64,000 nt of DNA from Alphaproteobacteria bacterium (GCA_965248835.1 CBDFLJ010000002.1:224001-288000); one strand, 5' to 3'; shown: positions 9,511 to 20,972, numbered from the stretch's first letter. Numbers and translations are program-made. The notes: generated by a model not told the origin, from the letters alone.

Positions 9511-10515
9511 TCAGGGCGCGGCTTCGTTCGACCAGATGGCGAACGCCATGCCGCAGCCGGTGCCGGCCGGCGAGCGGTAGCACGGCACGTAGTCGTGCCA
9601 GGCGAGCGCCAGCGCCTCGGCGGCACCGGCGGCGGCGATCCAGTTGCGGATCTCCGAGTTGCCGCCGTTGAGCCGGGCCAGCGGCAGCGAGCTCAACGTC
9701 TCGGCGTCCTTGTCCAGGCAGGCTTGCAGGACCGCCCGGTCCAAATCTTCATCGACGGTGAAGTGGCTGAGCCCGCCCGAGGCGACGATGCCGACGCGGG
9801 CCGGCTCCCACCAGGACTCGACCGCGTTGCGGATCGCCCGGCCCAGCGCGTAGCAGCGTCGCGGCCGCGGCTGGTTGGGCGGGTAGTAGGTGTTCAACAC
9901 CACCGGGATGATCGGCACCGTGGCGCCGTCCATCAGCCGGCGGTGGACGAAGCCGAAGGCATGGCCTTCGCCGCGTTCGCCGGCAAGCCTGGTGGCATCG
10001 CTGACGTCGAAATCGTGGTCCATGAGATATTCGACCAGGTGCAGCCCGAGCCCCGCGGCGACCGGATAGTCTCGGGCCGGGCCGGGCTCGTGGAACTGGG
10101 CGCGCGCCCGGCGCCAGAACGCCGGCGCGTCGTCGGGCAGCGACAGGGCCGCGTTGCGGATGGTCTCGCCGCGATACACCAGGATCGCCGGCATGTTGTC
10201 TTCGTGGTACTGCTCCTTCTGGTCGTCGCCGATGACGACCAGCGCATCGAGCCGTGCGTCGGCGATCGCCGCGGCCAGCCGGTCGAGCGCGGCGCGGCAT
10301 CGGTTCACCCGTTCGGCGATCACCGCGGTGCTGATCTGCCGGTCGATGTCCGGCGGCGCCTCGGCGAGCAGCGCCTCGTAGCTCCTGGGCTCGCCGGTGC
10401 GCGACAGCAGCCGCCGATTAAGCCGATCCCGCTCCGCGTAATCGGCATAGTCCTCGACCGTCAAGTTGAGCGCGGGGCTGTGTGAGGATCCAATCGCAAG
10501 GACGATTTCGGCCAT
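9511..10515 (-). CDS. LigB/DesZ-type extradiol ring-cleavage dioxygenase
   Basis: GSSHSP, IGDDQ.E, GHAFGFVHRRLM, NTYYPPNQP, SGGLSHF, SEIRNWI. Confidence 0.85.
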   Translation of the reverse strand: MAEIVLAIGSSHSPALNLTVEDYADYAERDRLNRRLLSRTGEPRSYEALLAEAPPDIDRQISTAVIAERVNRCRAALDRLAAAIADARLDALVVIGDDQKEQYHEDNMPAILVYRGETIRNAALSLPDDAPAFWRRARAQFHEPGPARDYPVAAGLGLHLVEYLMDHDFDVSDATRLAGERGEGHAFGFVHRRLMDGATVPIIPVVLNTYYPPNQPRPRRCYALGRAIRNAVESWWEPARVGIVASGGLSHFTVDEDLDRAVLQACLDKDAETLSSLPLARLNGGNSEIRNWIAAAGAAEALALAWHDYVPCYRSPAGTGCGMAFAIWSNEAAP

Positions 10516-10658
10516 ACGCGTACACCCGATCGCCAGCCGGCAATGCCGCTAATGTGGAGCAGGGCGTGCCGATTGTCGAGACAGGCCCGGGTGAAGTCTC
10601 GCTAGCCCATGACTTGTCCGCCAGGTGCCATGCGAACGCATGGCCTCGATCTGGAGCG

Positions 10659-11708
10659 CTACTCCGCTGCCTGGGCGCTGGCGCGTTGGTCGTCTGCGGC
10701 CGCCATGCGCTCGATGATGCGCCTGGCCTGGAGGCCGCCGCCGTCGTGGTTGATGTCCACGCGCACCGCATCGGGCCTGGTGTTCACGTTGGCCTGCTGC
10801 AAGCCGATGATCTCGATGTCCTCGAGGAAGGCCGTGTGAACGTTCTGGTAGAGCAGATCGGTGATCCACGGCTCGTCGATGCGGAAGTCGTGCGCCTGGG
10901 ACCAGAAGTAATGGGTGGTCCGCTCGGTCTCCGGCGTGATGGCGTTGAGGTTTCGCATCGTGAAGCCCTGGCTGCGGTCGCCCTGCGGTGCGCCGGTGCC
11001 CGCGATCGCGCCGCCGACATCGAGCCGGACGAAAGCCGGTGGCGTGAACTCGATGATCTGCCAGCGGTCGATCCTCTGGTCCGGCGCGAAGCCGCCCGCC
11101 CTCTGGAAGAAGGGCGGCGGCGTGCTGTCGAGCACCCAGCGGGTCACACGGACCAGATCGCCCTCGCGCTCGGCCTTCATCGGGGTCTCGGCCACCGCAT
11201 CGGTGCCCAGCGTCGTCGGGTGGATGTAGCTCAGGTGCGACAGGTCGAGCAGGTTCTCGACCAGCAGGATGTAGTTGCCCTCCAGGTCCAGCTTCTCGCC
11301 GCGGGCGCGGTAGTCCGGATCGTCCATCCAGTGGAAGTCCTCGATCGCATCGGGGTCGGCCAGGGCGGGATCGCCCATCCAGATCCAGATCCAGTGGTAG
11401 CGCTCGACGGTCGGGAAGCCACGGACCCTGGCCTCGGGCGGGATGGTCTTCTGGCCCGGCACCCGGACGCATTGGCCGCTCGGGTCGTAGGTCAGGCCGT
11501 GATAGGGGCACTGGATGTTGTCGCCGACAAGCGTGCCCCTGGACAACGGGGCGTGACGGTGACAGCAGCGGTCCTCCATCGCGACGGGGGAGCCGTCCTC
11601 CCGGCGGTAGAAGACCACCGGGATGTCCAGAAGCGTCCTGCGCAAGAGGTTCTGGCGGCCCACCTCGTGATCCCAGGCGCCGACATACCATGCGTTTTCG
11701 ATGAACAC
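10659..11708 (-). CDS. Rieske non-heme iron oxygenase, VanA-like
   Basis: Rieske motif DRCCHR...CPYHG; mononuclear-iron motif NLLDLSHLSYIH; F.ED. Confidence 0.9.
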   Translation of the reverse strand: MFIENAWYVGAWDHEVGRQNLLRRTLLDIPVVFYRREDGSPVAMEDRCCHRHAPLSRGTLVGDNIQCPYHGLTYDPSGQCVRVPGQKTIPPEARVRGFPTVERYHWIWIWMGDPALADPDAIEDFHWMDDPDYRARGEKLDLEGNYILLVENLLDLSHLSYIHPTTLGTDAVAETPMKAEREGDLVRVTRWVLDSTPPPFFQRAGGFAPDQRIDRWQIIEFTPPAFVRLDVGGAIAGTGAPQGDRSQGFTMRNLNAITPETERTTHYFWSQAHDFRIDEPWITDLLYQNVHTAFLEDIEIIGLQQANVNTRPDAVRVDINHDGGGLQARRIIERMAAADDQRASAQAAE

Positions 11709-11781
11709 GCGAGCCTCCTATCCGGTGAAGGCGGGAACGGCGGCACCGCCGGTGCCGCCGCTTGCCCGTCGCACCTGAGCG

Positions 11782-12855
11782 CTACTCCGCGGCGACGGCG
11801 GTGGCGTGTACCGCCTGTTCGGCGGCGATCTTGCGATCGATCATCGCGCGCGCCGCGATTCCGCCGGCATCCTGGTTGGTTTCGATCGTCGGCCGGTCGT
11901 CCCAGTTCTCTTGTTGCAGGTCGAAGAGCTCCCAATCCTGATGGAAGGCCTGCCAGATCTGCTTGTACTGCAACTCGGTCAGCTCCGCATCGATCGGCTT
12001 GCCGGACACCTGATAGGCGTTCGACCAGAAGTAGTGGGAGGAGTCCTCGGTCTCCGGGGTGACGAAGTTGAGGTTGTGGAACCCGAAGCCGTTCGCCGGC
12101 ACGTCGCGCTCCATCTCGGTATGGCCGAACTCCTTGCCCTCCGCCGCGTCCGGCGCCGCACCGGTGAACAGCCGTACGGCACCGGGCATGCGGAACTCGA
12201 TGATCTGCCAGCGATCGACGATCGTATTCTCCGGCCAGCCGCACATCTTCTGATAGGTCGGCGGCGGGTTCTGGCCGACGGTCCAGCGCGCGACGGTGAC
12301 CGAGTCCTCGTCCTTCAGGGTCTTGAGCACTGCGTGCTCGGCGACCGCGGCGTTGCCGATGGTCGACTTGTGGACGAAGGCCAGGTGCGACAGGTCGAGC
12401 AAATTGTCGATGACCAGCTTGTAATTGCCGTTGACGTGGAAGTAGGTGCCCTTGTCGCCCCAATCCTCCGACGATTTCCAGGGGTAGGGAATGATCAGCG
12501 AGTCGTCCGCCTCTGCCGCGTCGCCCATCCAGATCCAGATCCAGTTGTAGCGCTCGACCACCGGATAGGTGCGGACTTCCGCGCCCGGCGGGATGGTGGT
12601 CTGGCCGGGGACGTGGACGCACTTGCCCGAAGCGTCGAATTGCAGCCCGTGATAGTGACAGCGCAGGTTGTTGCCCTCGACCGCGCCCTTCCGGAGCGGC
12701 ATGCGACGGTGGCAGCAGCGGTCCTCGAAGGCCACCGGCGCGCCGTCTTCGGTGCGCCAGAAGACGACGTTCTCGTTGCAGATCTTGCGGGCGAAAGGCT
12801 GGCGCCCGATCTCGTGCGGCTCGGCGGCCACGTACCAGGTGTTCTTGAGGAACAT
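11782..12855 (-). CDS. Rieske non-heme iron oxygenase, VanA-like (second paralogue)
   Basis: DRCCHR...CHYHG; NLLDLSHLAFVH. Confidence 0.9.
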   Translation of the reverse strand: MFLKNTWYVAAEPHEIGRQPFARKICNENVVFWRTEDGAPVAFEDRCCHRRMPLRKGAVEGNNLRCHYHGLQFDASGKCVHVPGQTTIPPGAEVRTYPVVERYNWIWIWMGDAAEADDSLIIPYPWKSSEDWGDKGTYFHVNGNYKLVIDNLLDLSHLAFVHKSTIGNAAVAEHAVLKTLKDEDSVTVARWTVGQNPPPTYQKMCGWPENTIVDRWQIIEFRMPGAVRLFTGAAPDAAEGKEFGHTEMERDVPANGFGFHNLNFVTPETEDSSHYFWSNAYQVSGKPIDAELTELQYKQIWQAFHQDWELFDLQQENWDDRPTIETNQDAGGIAARAMIDRKIAAEQAVHATAVAAE

Positions 12856-13025
12856 GATAGCTTCCCTCCGTTCGCGCGTGTTGCGGCAGGCCCGGATTAT
12901 TGAGTATCGGGCCGCGGAGTGTCAATCGCGGGCAAGCGCCGCCGCCGACCGGTGATTGCGGCGCGGTTGTGCGCCGTTATAGTCGGACCTGTCGCAGAGC
13001 CGATAACCCCCACATGGAGGCCGTC

Positions 13026-13418
13026 ATGCAGAACCGAGCCATGTACCCCGAGGCCATTCACCCGCCGCTCGGCGCGTATGCGCACGCCATCGAGGTCCCG
13101 GAGAACGCCAAGCTTACCTTCATCGCCGGCCAGGTCGGGATCGACAAGGACGGCAACGTGCCGGCCGACTTTGCCGCCCAGGCCGACCTCGCCTGGCAGA
13201 ACTGCATGGCGGTGCTGGCCTTCAACTCCATGCGGATGAAGGATGTGGTCAAGATCACCCATTTCATCACCGATCCGGCGAACCTGCCGGTCTATAACGA
13301 GGTCCGCGGCAAGTATCTCGGCGAGGAGCGCCCGGCCTCGACGCTGTTGATCGTCGCCGGCCTCGCCCGGCCCGACCTGCTCATCGAGGTCGAGATGGTC
13401 GCCGCCATCCAGCGTTAG
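13026..13418 (+). CDS. RidA/Rid family protein
   Basis: YAHA...IAGQVG...PASTL..V.GL..P...IEVE. GGAGG RBS. Confidence 0.9.
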   Translation: MQNRAMYPEAIHPPLGAYAHAIEVPENAKLTFIAGQVGIDKDGNVPADFAAQADLAWQNCMAVLAFNSMRMKDVVKITHFITDPANLPVYNEVRGKYLGEERPASTLLIVAGLARPDLLIEVEMVAAIQR

Positions 13419-13662
13419 CGCCTGTCCCGAACAAGCGCCACCCCGCCGGCGGCGCCGGGTTCCGGTTCCATGCCTTGCGCGACCGCTCGAGGGGGATGCG
13501 GGCCACGCCTGGAGCGCGCGGTCCACCGGCTGTGAGACAACCGGGAGGAGCGCGGTCGTTGCGGATGCCCCGGGGGTCTGCAGACGCGGTTCTCGCACGG
13601 TGCCGACGCCGGCGCCTGGAGCCCGCGCATGCGATTCACGAATTGAGCCAGTTGAGCCAGGG

Positions 13663-15138
13663 CTACAGCGCCGCCTCGATCGTGTCGCAGATCGTTTTCA
13701 GCACTTCGACGCGGCCGGCATACTTGTCCTCCGCAGACACCAGGTGCCAGGGCGCGATGCCGGTGCCGGTGCGCTCGACCATATCGCAGACGGCCTCTTC
13801 GTAGGAATCCCACTTCGTTCGGTTGCGCCAGTCCTCTTCGGTGAGCTTGTAACGCTTGTGGCCGGTCTCCGCTCGTTCCCTCAGGCGGCGGTACTGCTCC
13901 TCCTGGCTGATGTGAAGCCAGAATTTGCCCACGATGATTCCATGGCGGTTCATCTCGAACTCGAAATCGTTGATCTCGCCGTATGAGCGCATCCAGTCGG
14001 CCTGTGCCGCGAAGCCCTCGACCCGCTCCACCAGCACCCGCCCGTACCAGGAGCGATCGAAGATCGCGAAGTGACCGGTGCGCGGCATATGGCGCCAGAA
14101 CCGCCACAGATAGGGATGCGCCCTTTCCTCGTCGCTGGGCGCGGCGACCGGAATGATGCGGTAGAACCTGGCGTCGAGCGCGGTGACCACACGTCGGATC
14201 GTGCTGCCCTTGCCCGCAGCATCGAGGCCCTCGAACACCAGGACGACCGAACGCCCGGTCATCTTCTTGTGCCGGGACAGCAGATTGAGCCGGCCTTGAA
14301 GCGTCTCGATCTCCCGGCGGTACCTATTGCGCGGCAATTTCCCGGTCAGATCGAGCGCGCGAAGAACGTTGCGGTCGTCGAGCTTGGGCAGCTTGGGGAG
14401 AATCACGTCGGGCGGTTTCGGCGGCCTGTTGTCCAGCCGCGCCCGCAACGACTCCAGCAGGGACATCGCCGTCGTGGTCAGACGGTACCTGGCGTCGGAT
14501 CCCTCGACCACGATCCAGGGCGCATGCGGGACACTGGTGCGCCGCAACGCGACTTCCGAAACGGCGCGAAAAGTGTCGTAGAGCTTGAACCGCTCCCAGT
14601 CGGTATCCGCCACCCGCCAGCGGGTCTGGGCGTCCTTTTCGAGCGCCTTGAGGCGTTCGCGCTGCCGCCGCTTGGACAGATGCAGCCAGTATTTGAGGAC
14701 CAGCGTACCCTCCGCGGCCAGCATCGCCTCGAAGCGGAGGATTTCATCGATGCTGGCTTGCAGATCGGCATCATCGGAGCTGCCCAAGACACGATTGACG
14801 ATCGGCGCGGTGTACCAGGTTCCGAAAAATATGCCGATCTTGCCCTTGGGCGGCAAAGCCCGCCAGAAGCGCCACATGCGCGGCCGTTCGCGCTCCTCCT
14901 CCGTGGGCTCCCCCATGCCATTGGCCTCGATCTGCCGGGGATCCATCCAGAAGTTGAGGGTGTTGACCGTCTCACCCTTGCCGGCTGCATCCACGCCGCT
15001 GATCAGGACAACGACGGAAAAGTCCCGCCGTTCGGCGAGCTCCGATTGCGCCTCGAGCAGAGCCTCGCGGAGTTCCGGTTCCACCTCCCTGAACGTCGCC
15101 TTATCGAGCTTGTGGCCGAGTTCGGCGGATTCAAACAC
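13663..15138 (-). CDS. pap: Polyphosphate:AMP phosphotransferase (two-domain PPK2)
   Basis: Starts FESAELGHK. Two PPK2 domains (G.DAAGKG twice) and FDRSWYGRVLVERVEG. Confidence 0.9.
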   Translation of the reverse strand: MFESAELGHKLDKATFREVEPELREALLEAQSELAERRDFSVVVLISGVDAAGKGETVNTLNFWMDPRQIEANGMGEPTEEERERPRMWRFWRALPPKGKIGIFFGTWYTAPIVNRVLGSSDDADLQASIDEILRFEAMLAAEGTLVLKYWLHLSKRRQRERLKALEKDAQTRWRVADTDWERFKLYDTFRAVSEVALRRTSVPHAPWIVVEGSDARYRLTTTAMSLLESLRARLDNRPPKPPDVILPKLPKLDDRNVLRALDLTGKLPRNRYRREIETLQGRLNLLSRHKKMTGRSVVLVFEGLDAAGKGSTIRRVVTALDARFYRIIPVAAPSDEERAHPYLWRFWRHMPRTGHFAIFDRSWYGRVLVERVEGFAAQADWMRSYGEINDFEFEMNRHGIIVGKFWLHISQEEQYRRLRERAETGHKRYKLTEEDWRNRTKWDSYEEAVCDMVERTGTGIAPWHLVSAEDKYAGRVEVLKTICDTIEAAL

Positions 15139-15287
15139 CGCGCGCCTCCGGGTTCGGGAATTGACCGCACCTGCAACGGCCATGTTGTCGTGGTCTGCGG
15201 TCCATCTCAAGGGTCGGGGGGTCATCATGACGGGAGCACCGGCGGTCCGCGATCGGCGTCGCCGGTCCGGCCTGCGCGCACCGGGCG

Positions 15288-17498
15288 CTACAGAAAACTG
15301 TACGGGTCGATGTCGACGTGGATTCGCACCCCGCCGTGCACCGGCACACGGGCCAGCCAGTCCGACAGGATCGGCTGCAGCTTGATCTCAAGCGGCGCCT
15401 TGACCAGCAGCCGGTGACGGTGCCGCCCGCGGATCAACGCCAGCGGCGCCGGCGCGGGCCCGAGGACGGCAAGGCCCGCGCTGCGCGGCGCGGCCCGGGC
15501 GAGCGCCCGACCGATGGCGGTGACCGCGTCCTCCTTGCGCCCGGCCACCACGATTCCGGCCAGCCGGCCGAACGGCGGCATGCCGGCGCGCTTGCGGGCC
15601 TCGGCCTCGGCCGAGATGAATCCGTCGCGGTCGCCGGCGATGAGTGCGCACATCACCGGGTGATCGGGCGCGTAGGTCTGGATCAGCGCCCGGCCCGGCC
15701 GCTCGGCGCGGCCGGCGCGGCCGGCAACCTGATGGAGCACCTGGTAGGTGCGCTCTGCCGCCCGCAGATCGCCGCCGTCGAGCCCGAGGTCGGCATCGAC
15801 CACCCCGACCAGCGTCAGATGGGGAAAATTGTGACCCTTGGCGACGAGCTGGGTGCCGATGACCAGATCGAAGGCGCGGGCGCGGATGCGGGCGATAAGC
15901 TCCTCTGCCGCGGCCGGCCCGCGCAGCGAATCCGAAGACATCAGCGCGATCCGCGCCCCGGGAAAGGCCGCCTCCGCCTCCTCGGACAGCCGCTCGACGC
16001 CGGGGCCGCAGGCCACGAAGCCATCCTCGGTCCCGCATTTGGGGCAGGTGGAGGCCGGCGGCGCGGTATACCCGCAATGGTGGCATTGCAGCCGTCCCGC
16101 GAGGCGGTGATCGACCAGCCAGGCGGTGCAGTTGGGACACGCCAACCGGTAGCCGCAGCCGCGGCACAGGGTGAGCGGGGCGTAGCCGCGGCGGTTGAGA
16201 TACAAAAGCACCTGCTCACCGGCGCCGAGCGTTGCGCGGGCGGCATCACGCAGGCTGGGCGACAGCCAGGACTGCGGCGCCATCGCCTCGGTGCGCATGT
16301 CGATCGCGGCCAGGCTCGGCACGCCGGCGCTGCCGAACCGATCGGGCAGGTGAACGCGCTGATACCGGCCGCGCGCGACATTGACCGTGGTTTCCAGCGA
16401 CGGCGTCGCCGATGACAGCACGATCGGGCAATCGGCGTTGCGGGCGCGCACGATGGCGATATCCCGCGCGTTGTAGATGACCCCGTCGTCTTGCTTGAAG
16501 CTCGAATCGTGCTCTTCGTCGACCAGGATCAGCCCCAGGCTGCGGAACGGCAGGAACAGCGCCGATCGCGCGCCGACGACGACCTGCGCCTTGCCGGCGG
16601 CAACGGCGCGCCATGTCTCGCGCCGTTGGGACCGGCCGACTTCGGAATGCCAGTGGCAAGGAGGCGCGCCGAAGCGGCGTTCGAACCGGCGCAGCCAGTC
16701 GACGGTCAGCGCAATCTCGGGAAGCAGCACCAGCACCTGGCACCGCCGTGCGAGCGCAGCGGCAATCGCCTCGAAATAGACCTCGGTCTTGCCCGATCCG
16801 GTGACCCCGTCCAGCAGCGTGACCGTTCGCCCCCCGCCGGCCGCGATCTGGGCTCGAAGACTCTCGGCCGCGGCGGCTTGCGGGCCGGTCAGGCAGGGTC
16901 CGGCGCGCCGCCAGTCCGGAACCGGCGGATCCTCTTCGAACGACAGCGAGACCGACCGGAGGACGCCGGCTTCGACCAGGCCGTGCACCACCGAGGCGCT
17001 CACGCCGGCCTCGCGGGCGATGTCGGCCATGCGGCGGGGCCTGCCGTCGGCCAGGATCTCCACCAGCCGCCGCCGGGCATCGGTCGTGCGCACCCCTTCG
17101 GGGATGGCGCGGGCCGAGGCAACGAAGGCGGTCTCGAGCTTCGGCGGGTCCAGCGCCTCGGGCACGCTCATCGCCATGCGCAGGACCGCGCCGGGCGCGC
17201 TCAGCGTGTAGGCGGCGGTCCAGGCGATGGTCCTGCGCAGATCCTCGCTCAACGGCGGGACGTCGAGCACCGCCTCGATCTCGCGCAGCCTGGCCGGGTC
17301 GACCGTGCCTTCGGCCTCGCCCCAGACGACGCCGGTGACCACTCGCTTTCCCAGCGGGACCCGGACGAACTGTCCGGGAGGCGCCGCGATCCCCTCGGGC
17401 ACGGCATAGTCGTAAGCGCCGGCCACCGGCAGCGGCACCAGGACGGCGGCGCGATCGGGCCCGATTCGCGCCTCTGTCCTGACAAGTTCGGGGTTCAT
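15288..17498 (-). CDS. priA: Primosomal protein N'
   Basis: [21 protein letters not shown], zinc-finger CxxC pairs, QVAGRAGR, C-terminal DIDPYSFL. Confidence 0.97.
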   Translation of the reverse strand: MNPELVRTEARIGPDRAAVLVPLPVAGAYDYAVPEGIAAPPGQFVRVPLGKRVVTGVVWGEAEGTVDPARLREIEAVLDVPPLSEDLRRTIAWTAAYTLSAPGAVLRMAMSVPEALDPPKLETAFVASARAIPEGVRTTDARRRLVEILADGRPRRMADIAREAGVSASVVHGLVEAGVLRSVSLSFEEDPPVPDWRRAGPCLTGPQAAAAESLRAQIAAGGGRTVTLLDGVTGSGKTEVYFEAIAAALARRCQVLVLLPEIALTVDWLRRFERRFGAPPCHWHSEVGRSQRRETWRAVAAGKAQVVVGARSALFLPFRSLGLILVDEEHDSSFKQDDGVIYNARDIAIVRARNADCPIVLSSATPSLETTVNVARGRYQRVHLPDRFGSAGVPSLAAIDMRTEAMAPQSWLSPSLRDAARATLGAGEQVLLYLNRRGYAPLTLCRGCGYRLACPNCTAWLVDHRLAGRLQCHHCGYTAPPASTCPKCGTEDGFVACGPGVERLSEEAEAAFPGARIALMSSDSLRGPAAAEELIARIRARAFDLVIGTQLVAKGHNFPHLTLVGVVDADLGLDGGDLRAAERTYQVLHQVAGRAGRAERPGRALIQTYAPDHPVMCALIAGDRDGFISAEAEARKRAGMPPFGRLAGIVVAGRKEDAVTAIGRALARAAPRSAGLAVLGPAPAPLALIRGRHRHRLLVKAPLEIKLQPILSDWLARVPVHGGVRIHVDIDPYSFL

Positions 17499-17586
17499 GA
17501 ACTACACTCTAGGATATCGGCTGGCGACGACCAACCGAGCGCTTTTCGGGCGAATCCTCCCAAGGCCGCGAAAACGGGGACACGGC

Positions 17587-18249
17587 ATGAAGTTCTTCGT
17601 CGACACCGCCGACGTGGACGAGATCCGCGATATCGCCGAGACCGGGCTGCTCGACGGGGTGACGACCAACCCCTCTCTGGTGGCCAAGACCGGCCGGCGG
17701 TTCCTCGAGGTGATCCGCGAGATATGCGAACTGGTCGACGGCCCGGTGAGCGCCGAGGTCGCCGCCACCGACCATGCGAGCATGCTGTCGGAGGGCCGCA
17801 AGCTTGCCCAGCTCGCGGGCAACGTCGCCGTCAAGGTGCCGCTGACCCCGGACGGGCTCAAGACCTGCAAGGCCCTCGCCGAGGACGGGGTGATGGTCAA
17901 CGTCACGCTGTGCTTCTCGGCCAGCCAGGCGATCCTGGCCGCCAAGGCCGGCGCGGCCTTCATCTCCCCCTTCATCGGCCGGCTCGACGACATCAGCCGC
18001 GACGGCATGGCGCTGATCGCTGATATCCGCCAGATCTACGACAACTACCCCGATTTCGGCACCGAGATCCTGGTCGCCTCGATCCGCAGCCCGAACCATG
18101 TCGCCGAGGCCGCCAAGATCGGCGCCGACATCGCGACCATCCCGCCCGCGGTGGTCCGCCAGCTCTTCAACCATCCGCTGACCGACAGCGGACTGGAGGC
18201 CTTCCTGAAGGACTGGGAAAAAACCGGGCAGTCGATCCTCGATGGCTGA
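17587..18249 (+). CDS. tal: Transaldolase / fructose-6-phosphate aldolase family
   Basis: [36 protein letters not shown]. Confidence 0.92.
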   Translation: MKFFVDTADVDEIRDIAETGLLDGVTTNPSLVAKTGRRFLEVIREICELVDGPVSAEVAATDHASMLSEGRKLAQLAGNVAVKVPLTPDGLKTCKALAEDGVMVNVTLCFSASQAILAAKAGAAFISPFIGRLDDISRDGMALIADIRQIYDNYPDFGTEILVASIRSPNHVAEAAKIGADIATIPPAVVRQLFNHPLTDSGLEAFLKDWEKTGQSILDG

Positions 18250-18889
18250 CGCGTTGGACGGCCACCGGACCGAGCCGGACGAAGAGCCCAGCGCGGATGC
18301 GGTCAGGGCCTATATCGAGCGGAACCCCGGGTTCCTGGCCACGCTGTTCGCGCCGCATCCCGCCGAGCAGGACGGCGTGGTCGACCTGCAGCGCCATATC
18401 GTCGATGGGCTGCGCCGCTCGCTGGAACAAGGCGATGCCCGCGCCCGCCAGATCCTCGCCGCGGCCGAGGCGCGCGCCCAGGCGGTCGAGCGCATCCACG
18501 GGGCCTGCCGCGCCGCGATCGATGCGGTCTCGCTGGACGACGTGATCTACCGGGTCGGCCGGGACTTCCCCGACACGCTCGACATCGAATCCGCGGCGCT
18601 GATTACCCAGGACCGTATCGCGCCGGCCCGGTTCAAGGCCCTGTGCCGTCGTGTCGGTCAGATCCGGCTGGGACCGGTGCGCGAGGCCGAACGCGCCGCG
18701 CTTGGCCCGCGCGCAAAGTCGGTGGCGACGATCAGTCTGAGGCTGCCGGAGGATGTGCCGCGTGCGGTCCTGCTCCTGGGATCGGCGGCCCCGGACGGCT
18801 TCGCGGCCGGGCACGGCACCGAGCTGCTTGAATTTTTGGGCGAGATCCTCGCGTTTTGCATCCGGCAATGGTCGCAACCCCCGGCCTAG
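18242..18889 (+). CDS. DUF484 family protein
   Basis: V.AY...NP.F, VVDLQ, LLLGS....F..GHGTELL.FL. Usual position upstream of xerC. Confidence 0.8.
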   Translation: MADALDGHRTEPDEEPSADAVRAYIERNPGFLATLFAPHPAEQDGVVDLQRHIVDGLRRSLEQGDARARQILAAAEARAQAVERIHGACRAAIDAVSLDDVIYRVGRDFPDTLDIESAALITQDRIAPARFKALCRRVGQIRLGPVREAERAALGPRAKSVATISLRLPEDVPRAVLLLGSAAPDGFAAGHGTELLEFLGEILAFCIRQWSQPPA

Positions 18890-19812
18890 AGACCTTCGCC
18901 GCCAAGCCGGACCTGGCGGAGGCCATCCAGGCCTGGCGCGCTTGGCTCGAATCCGAGCGCCGCGTCTCGCCCCATACGGCCGCGGCGTATCTGCGCGATC
19001 TGAAACTCTTTCTCGACTTCCTGTGCGACCACCTCGGCGGCCTGGCCGGGCTTGCCAGCCTCGAAGGGCTGAGCCACGCCGATTTCCGGGCCTATCTCGC
19101 GCGCCGGGCGATGGCCGGCAGCGCCCGGACATCGACCGCGCGGGCACTGTCGGTCCTGCGCAGCTTCTTCCGGTTCCTGGAGCGCACCGGGCGGGCCGGC
19201 AACCAAGCGATCGGCGCGGTGCGGACTCCGCGCCTGCCCCAGTCGGTGCCCAAGCCGTTGGCCGAGGACGAGGCGATCGCGGTGATCGACAGCGCCGTGA
19301 CGGGCCACCCGACGCCCTGGATCGCCCGGCGCGATCACGCGCTGCTGATGCTGCTCTACGGCTGCGGCCTCAGGATCGACGAGGCGCTCCGCCTCGACCT
19401 CGCCGACGCGCCGAAGGGCCAGAGCCTGCGGGTCCACGGCAAGGGCGGCAAGGAGCGCCTCGCCCCGGTCCTGCCGATCGTCGCCGAGGCGATCGAAGCT
19501 TATGTCCGGGCCTGCCCGCTGCTGGTTCCCGGCGGCCCGCTGTTCGTGGGCGCGCGCGGCGGCCGGCTCAACCCCGGGGTCTTCCAGCGCCAGATGCGAA
19601 CCTTGCGCGCCCAGCTCGGCCTGCCCGAGACCGCGACCCCGCACGCGCTGCGGCACAGCTTCGCGACCCATCTGCTGCAAGCCGGCGGCGACCTGCGGAC
19701 GATCCAGGAGCTTCTCGGGCACGCCTCGCTGTCGACCACCCAGCGCTACACCGATGTCGACATCGCCACCCTGGTCAGGGTCTACGACAAGGCCCACCCA
19801 AGGGCACGCTGA
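18868..19812 (+). CDS. xerC: Tyrosine recombinase XerC
   Basis: LLYGCGLRI.E, GKG.KER, TPHALRHSFATHLL, LLGHASLSTTQRY. DUF484 synteny. Confidence 0.92.
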   Translation: MVATPGLETFAAKPDLAEAIQAWRAWLESERRVSPHTAAAYLRDLKLFLDFLCDHLGGLAGLASLEGLSHADFRAYLARRAMAGSARTSTARALSVLRSFFRFLERTGRAGNQAIGAVRTPRLPQSVPKPLAEDEAIAVIDSAVTGHPTPWIARRDHALLMLLYGCGLRIDEALRLDLADAPKGQSLRVHGKGGKERLAPVLPIVAEAIEAYVRACPLLVPGGPLFVGARGGRLNPGVFQRQMRTLRAQLGLPETATPHALRHSFATHLLQAGGDLRTIQELLGHASLSTTQRYTDVDIATLVRVYDKAHPRAR

Positions 19813-19896
19813 GCGGCCTATTCCGTGTCGTCGGGACGTCCGGCTGCGGCATAGCTCAGACAGGCCGCCAACATCCGCCCGTCGGTCGGCTTGAAC

Positions 19897-20946
19897 TCAG
19901 GCCTCGAGCAGGATGCGCTCGGGGTCCTCGATACATTCCTTGACGCGAACCAGGAACGTCACCGCCTCGCGCCCGTCGATAATCCGATGGTCGTAGGACA
20001 GCGCCAGATACATCATCGGCCGGATCACCAGTTCGTCGCCGATCACGATGGGCCGCTTCTGGATCTTGTGCATCCCGAGGATGCCCGATTGCGGCGGATT
20101 GAGGATCGGGGTCGACTGGAGCGAGCCGTAGACCCCGCCGTTGGTGATGGTGAAGGTTCCGCCGGTCAGGTCCTCCATGGTGAGCTTGCCGTCGCGCGCG
20201 CGCTTGCCCAGCGCGGCAATCCCGGCTTCGATGTCGGCGAAGGACATCAGGTCGGCGTCGCGCAGCACCGGGACCACCAGCCCCTGGTTCGTGCCCACCG
20301 CGACCCCGATGTCGTAGTGGTTCTTGTAGACGATGTCGGTGCCGTCGATCTCGGCGTTGACCGGCGGGATCTCCTTGAGTGCCACGGTGACCGCCTTGAC
20401 GAAGAAGCTCATCAGGCCGAGCCGGGCGCCGTGCTTGTCCTGGAAGGCATCGCGCAGCCGGTCGCGGATCGCCGTGACGCCGGACATGTCGACCTCGTTG
20501 AAGGTCGTCAACATTGCCGCGGTGTTCTGCGCCTGCTTCAGCCGCTCGGCGATCCGCTGGCGCAGCCGGGTCATCGGCACCCGTTCCTCGCGCGGGGCGG
20601 CGGCGGGCAGCGGCCGGGCTTCAGGGCTGGGCGGCGGCGTTGGCACCGGCGCTGGGGCGGGCGCGGTCGGCGCGATCGGCGGGCAGGGCGGTGGTGCGTC
20701 CGCCGCGGCGGCCTCGTCGATGACGCCGAGGACCGCGCCGACTTCGACGCTGTTGCCGGTCGCCACCTCGATCGAGCTCAGCACGCCGCTCGCTGCCGCG
20801 GGCACCTCCAGCGTGATCTTATCGGTCTCCAGCTCGACCAGCGGCTCGTCCATCGCGACCGGCTGGCCGGCTTCCTTCAGCCATTTCGCGACCGTCGCCT
20901 CGCTCACCGATTCCCCGAGACTCGGCACGATGATCTGGACGGACAT
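19897..20946 (-). CDS. sucB: 2-oxoglutarate dehydrogenase E2 (dihydrolipoamide succinyltransferase), short 349-aa form
   Basis: Lipoyl motif ETDK; catalytic domain [10 protein letters not shown]...YDHRIIDG. No E3-binding domain visible. Confidence 0.95.
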   Translation of the reverse strand: MSVQIIVPSLGESVSEATVAKWLKEAGQPVAMDEPLVELETDKITLEVPAAASGVLSSIEVATGNSVEVGAVLGVIDEAAAADAPPPCPPIAPTAPAPAPVPTPPPSPEARPLPAAAPREERVPMTRLRQRIAERLKQAQNTAAMLTTFNEVDMSGVTAIRDRLRDAFQDKHGARLGLMSFFVKAVTVALKEIPPVNAEIDGTDIVYKNHYDIGVAVGTNQGLVVPVLRDADLMSFADIEAGIAALGKRARDGKLTMEDLTGGTFTITNGGVYGSLQSTPILNPPQSGILGMHKIQKRPIVIGDELVIRPMMYLALSYDHRIIDGREAVTFLVRVKECIEDPERILLEA

Positions 20947-20972
20947 GGATCTTCCTTTCCGCGCCGGGCGGG

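Noticed and set aside
18868-19812. Tyrosine recombinase as a prophage or island integrase
   Set aside because: The housekeeping tal-DUF484-xerC context fits XerC; no att sites or phage genes are nearby.
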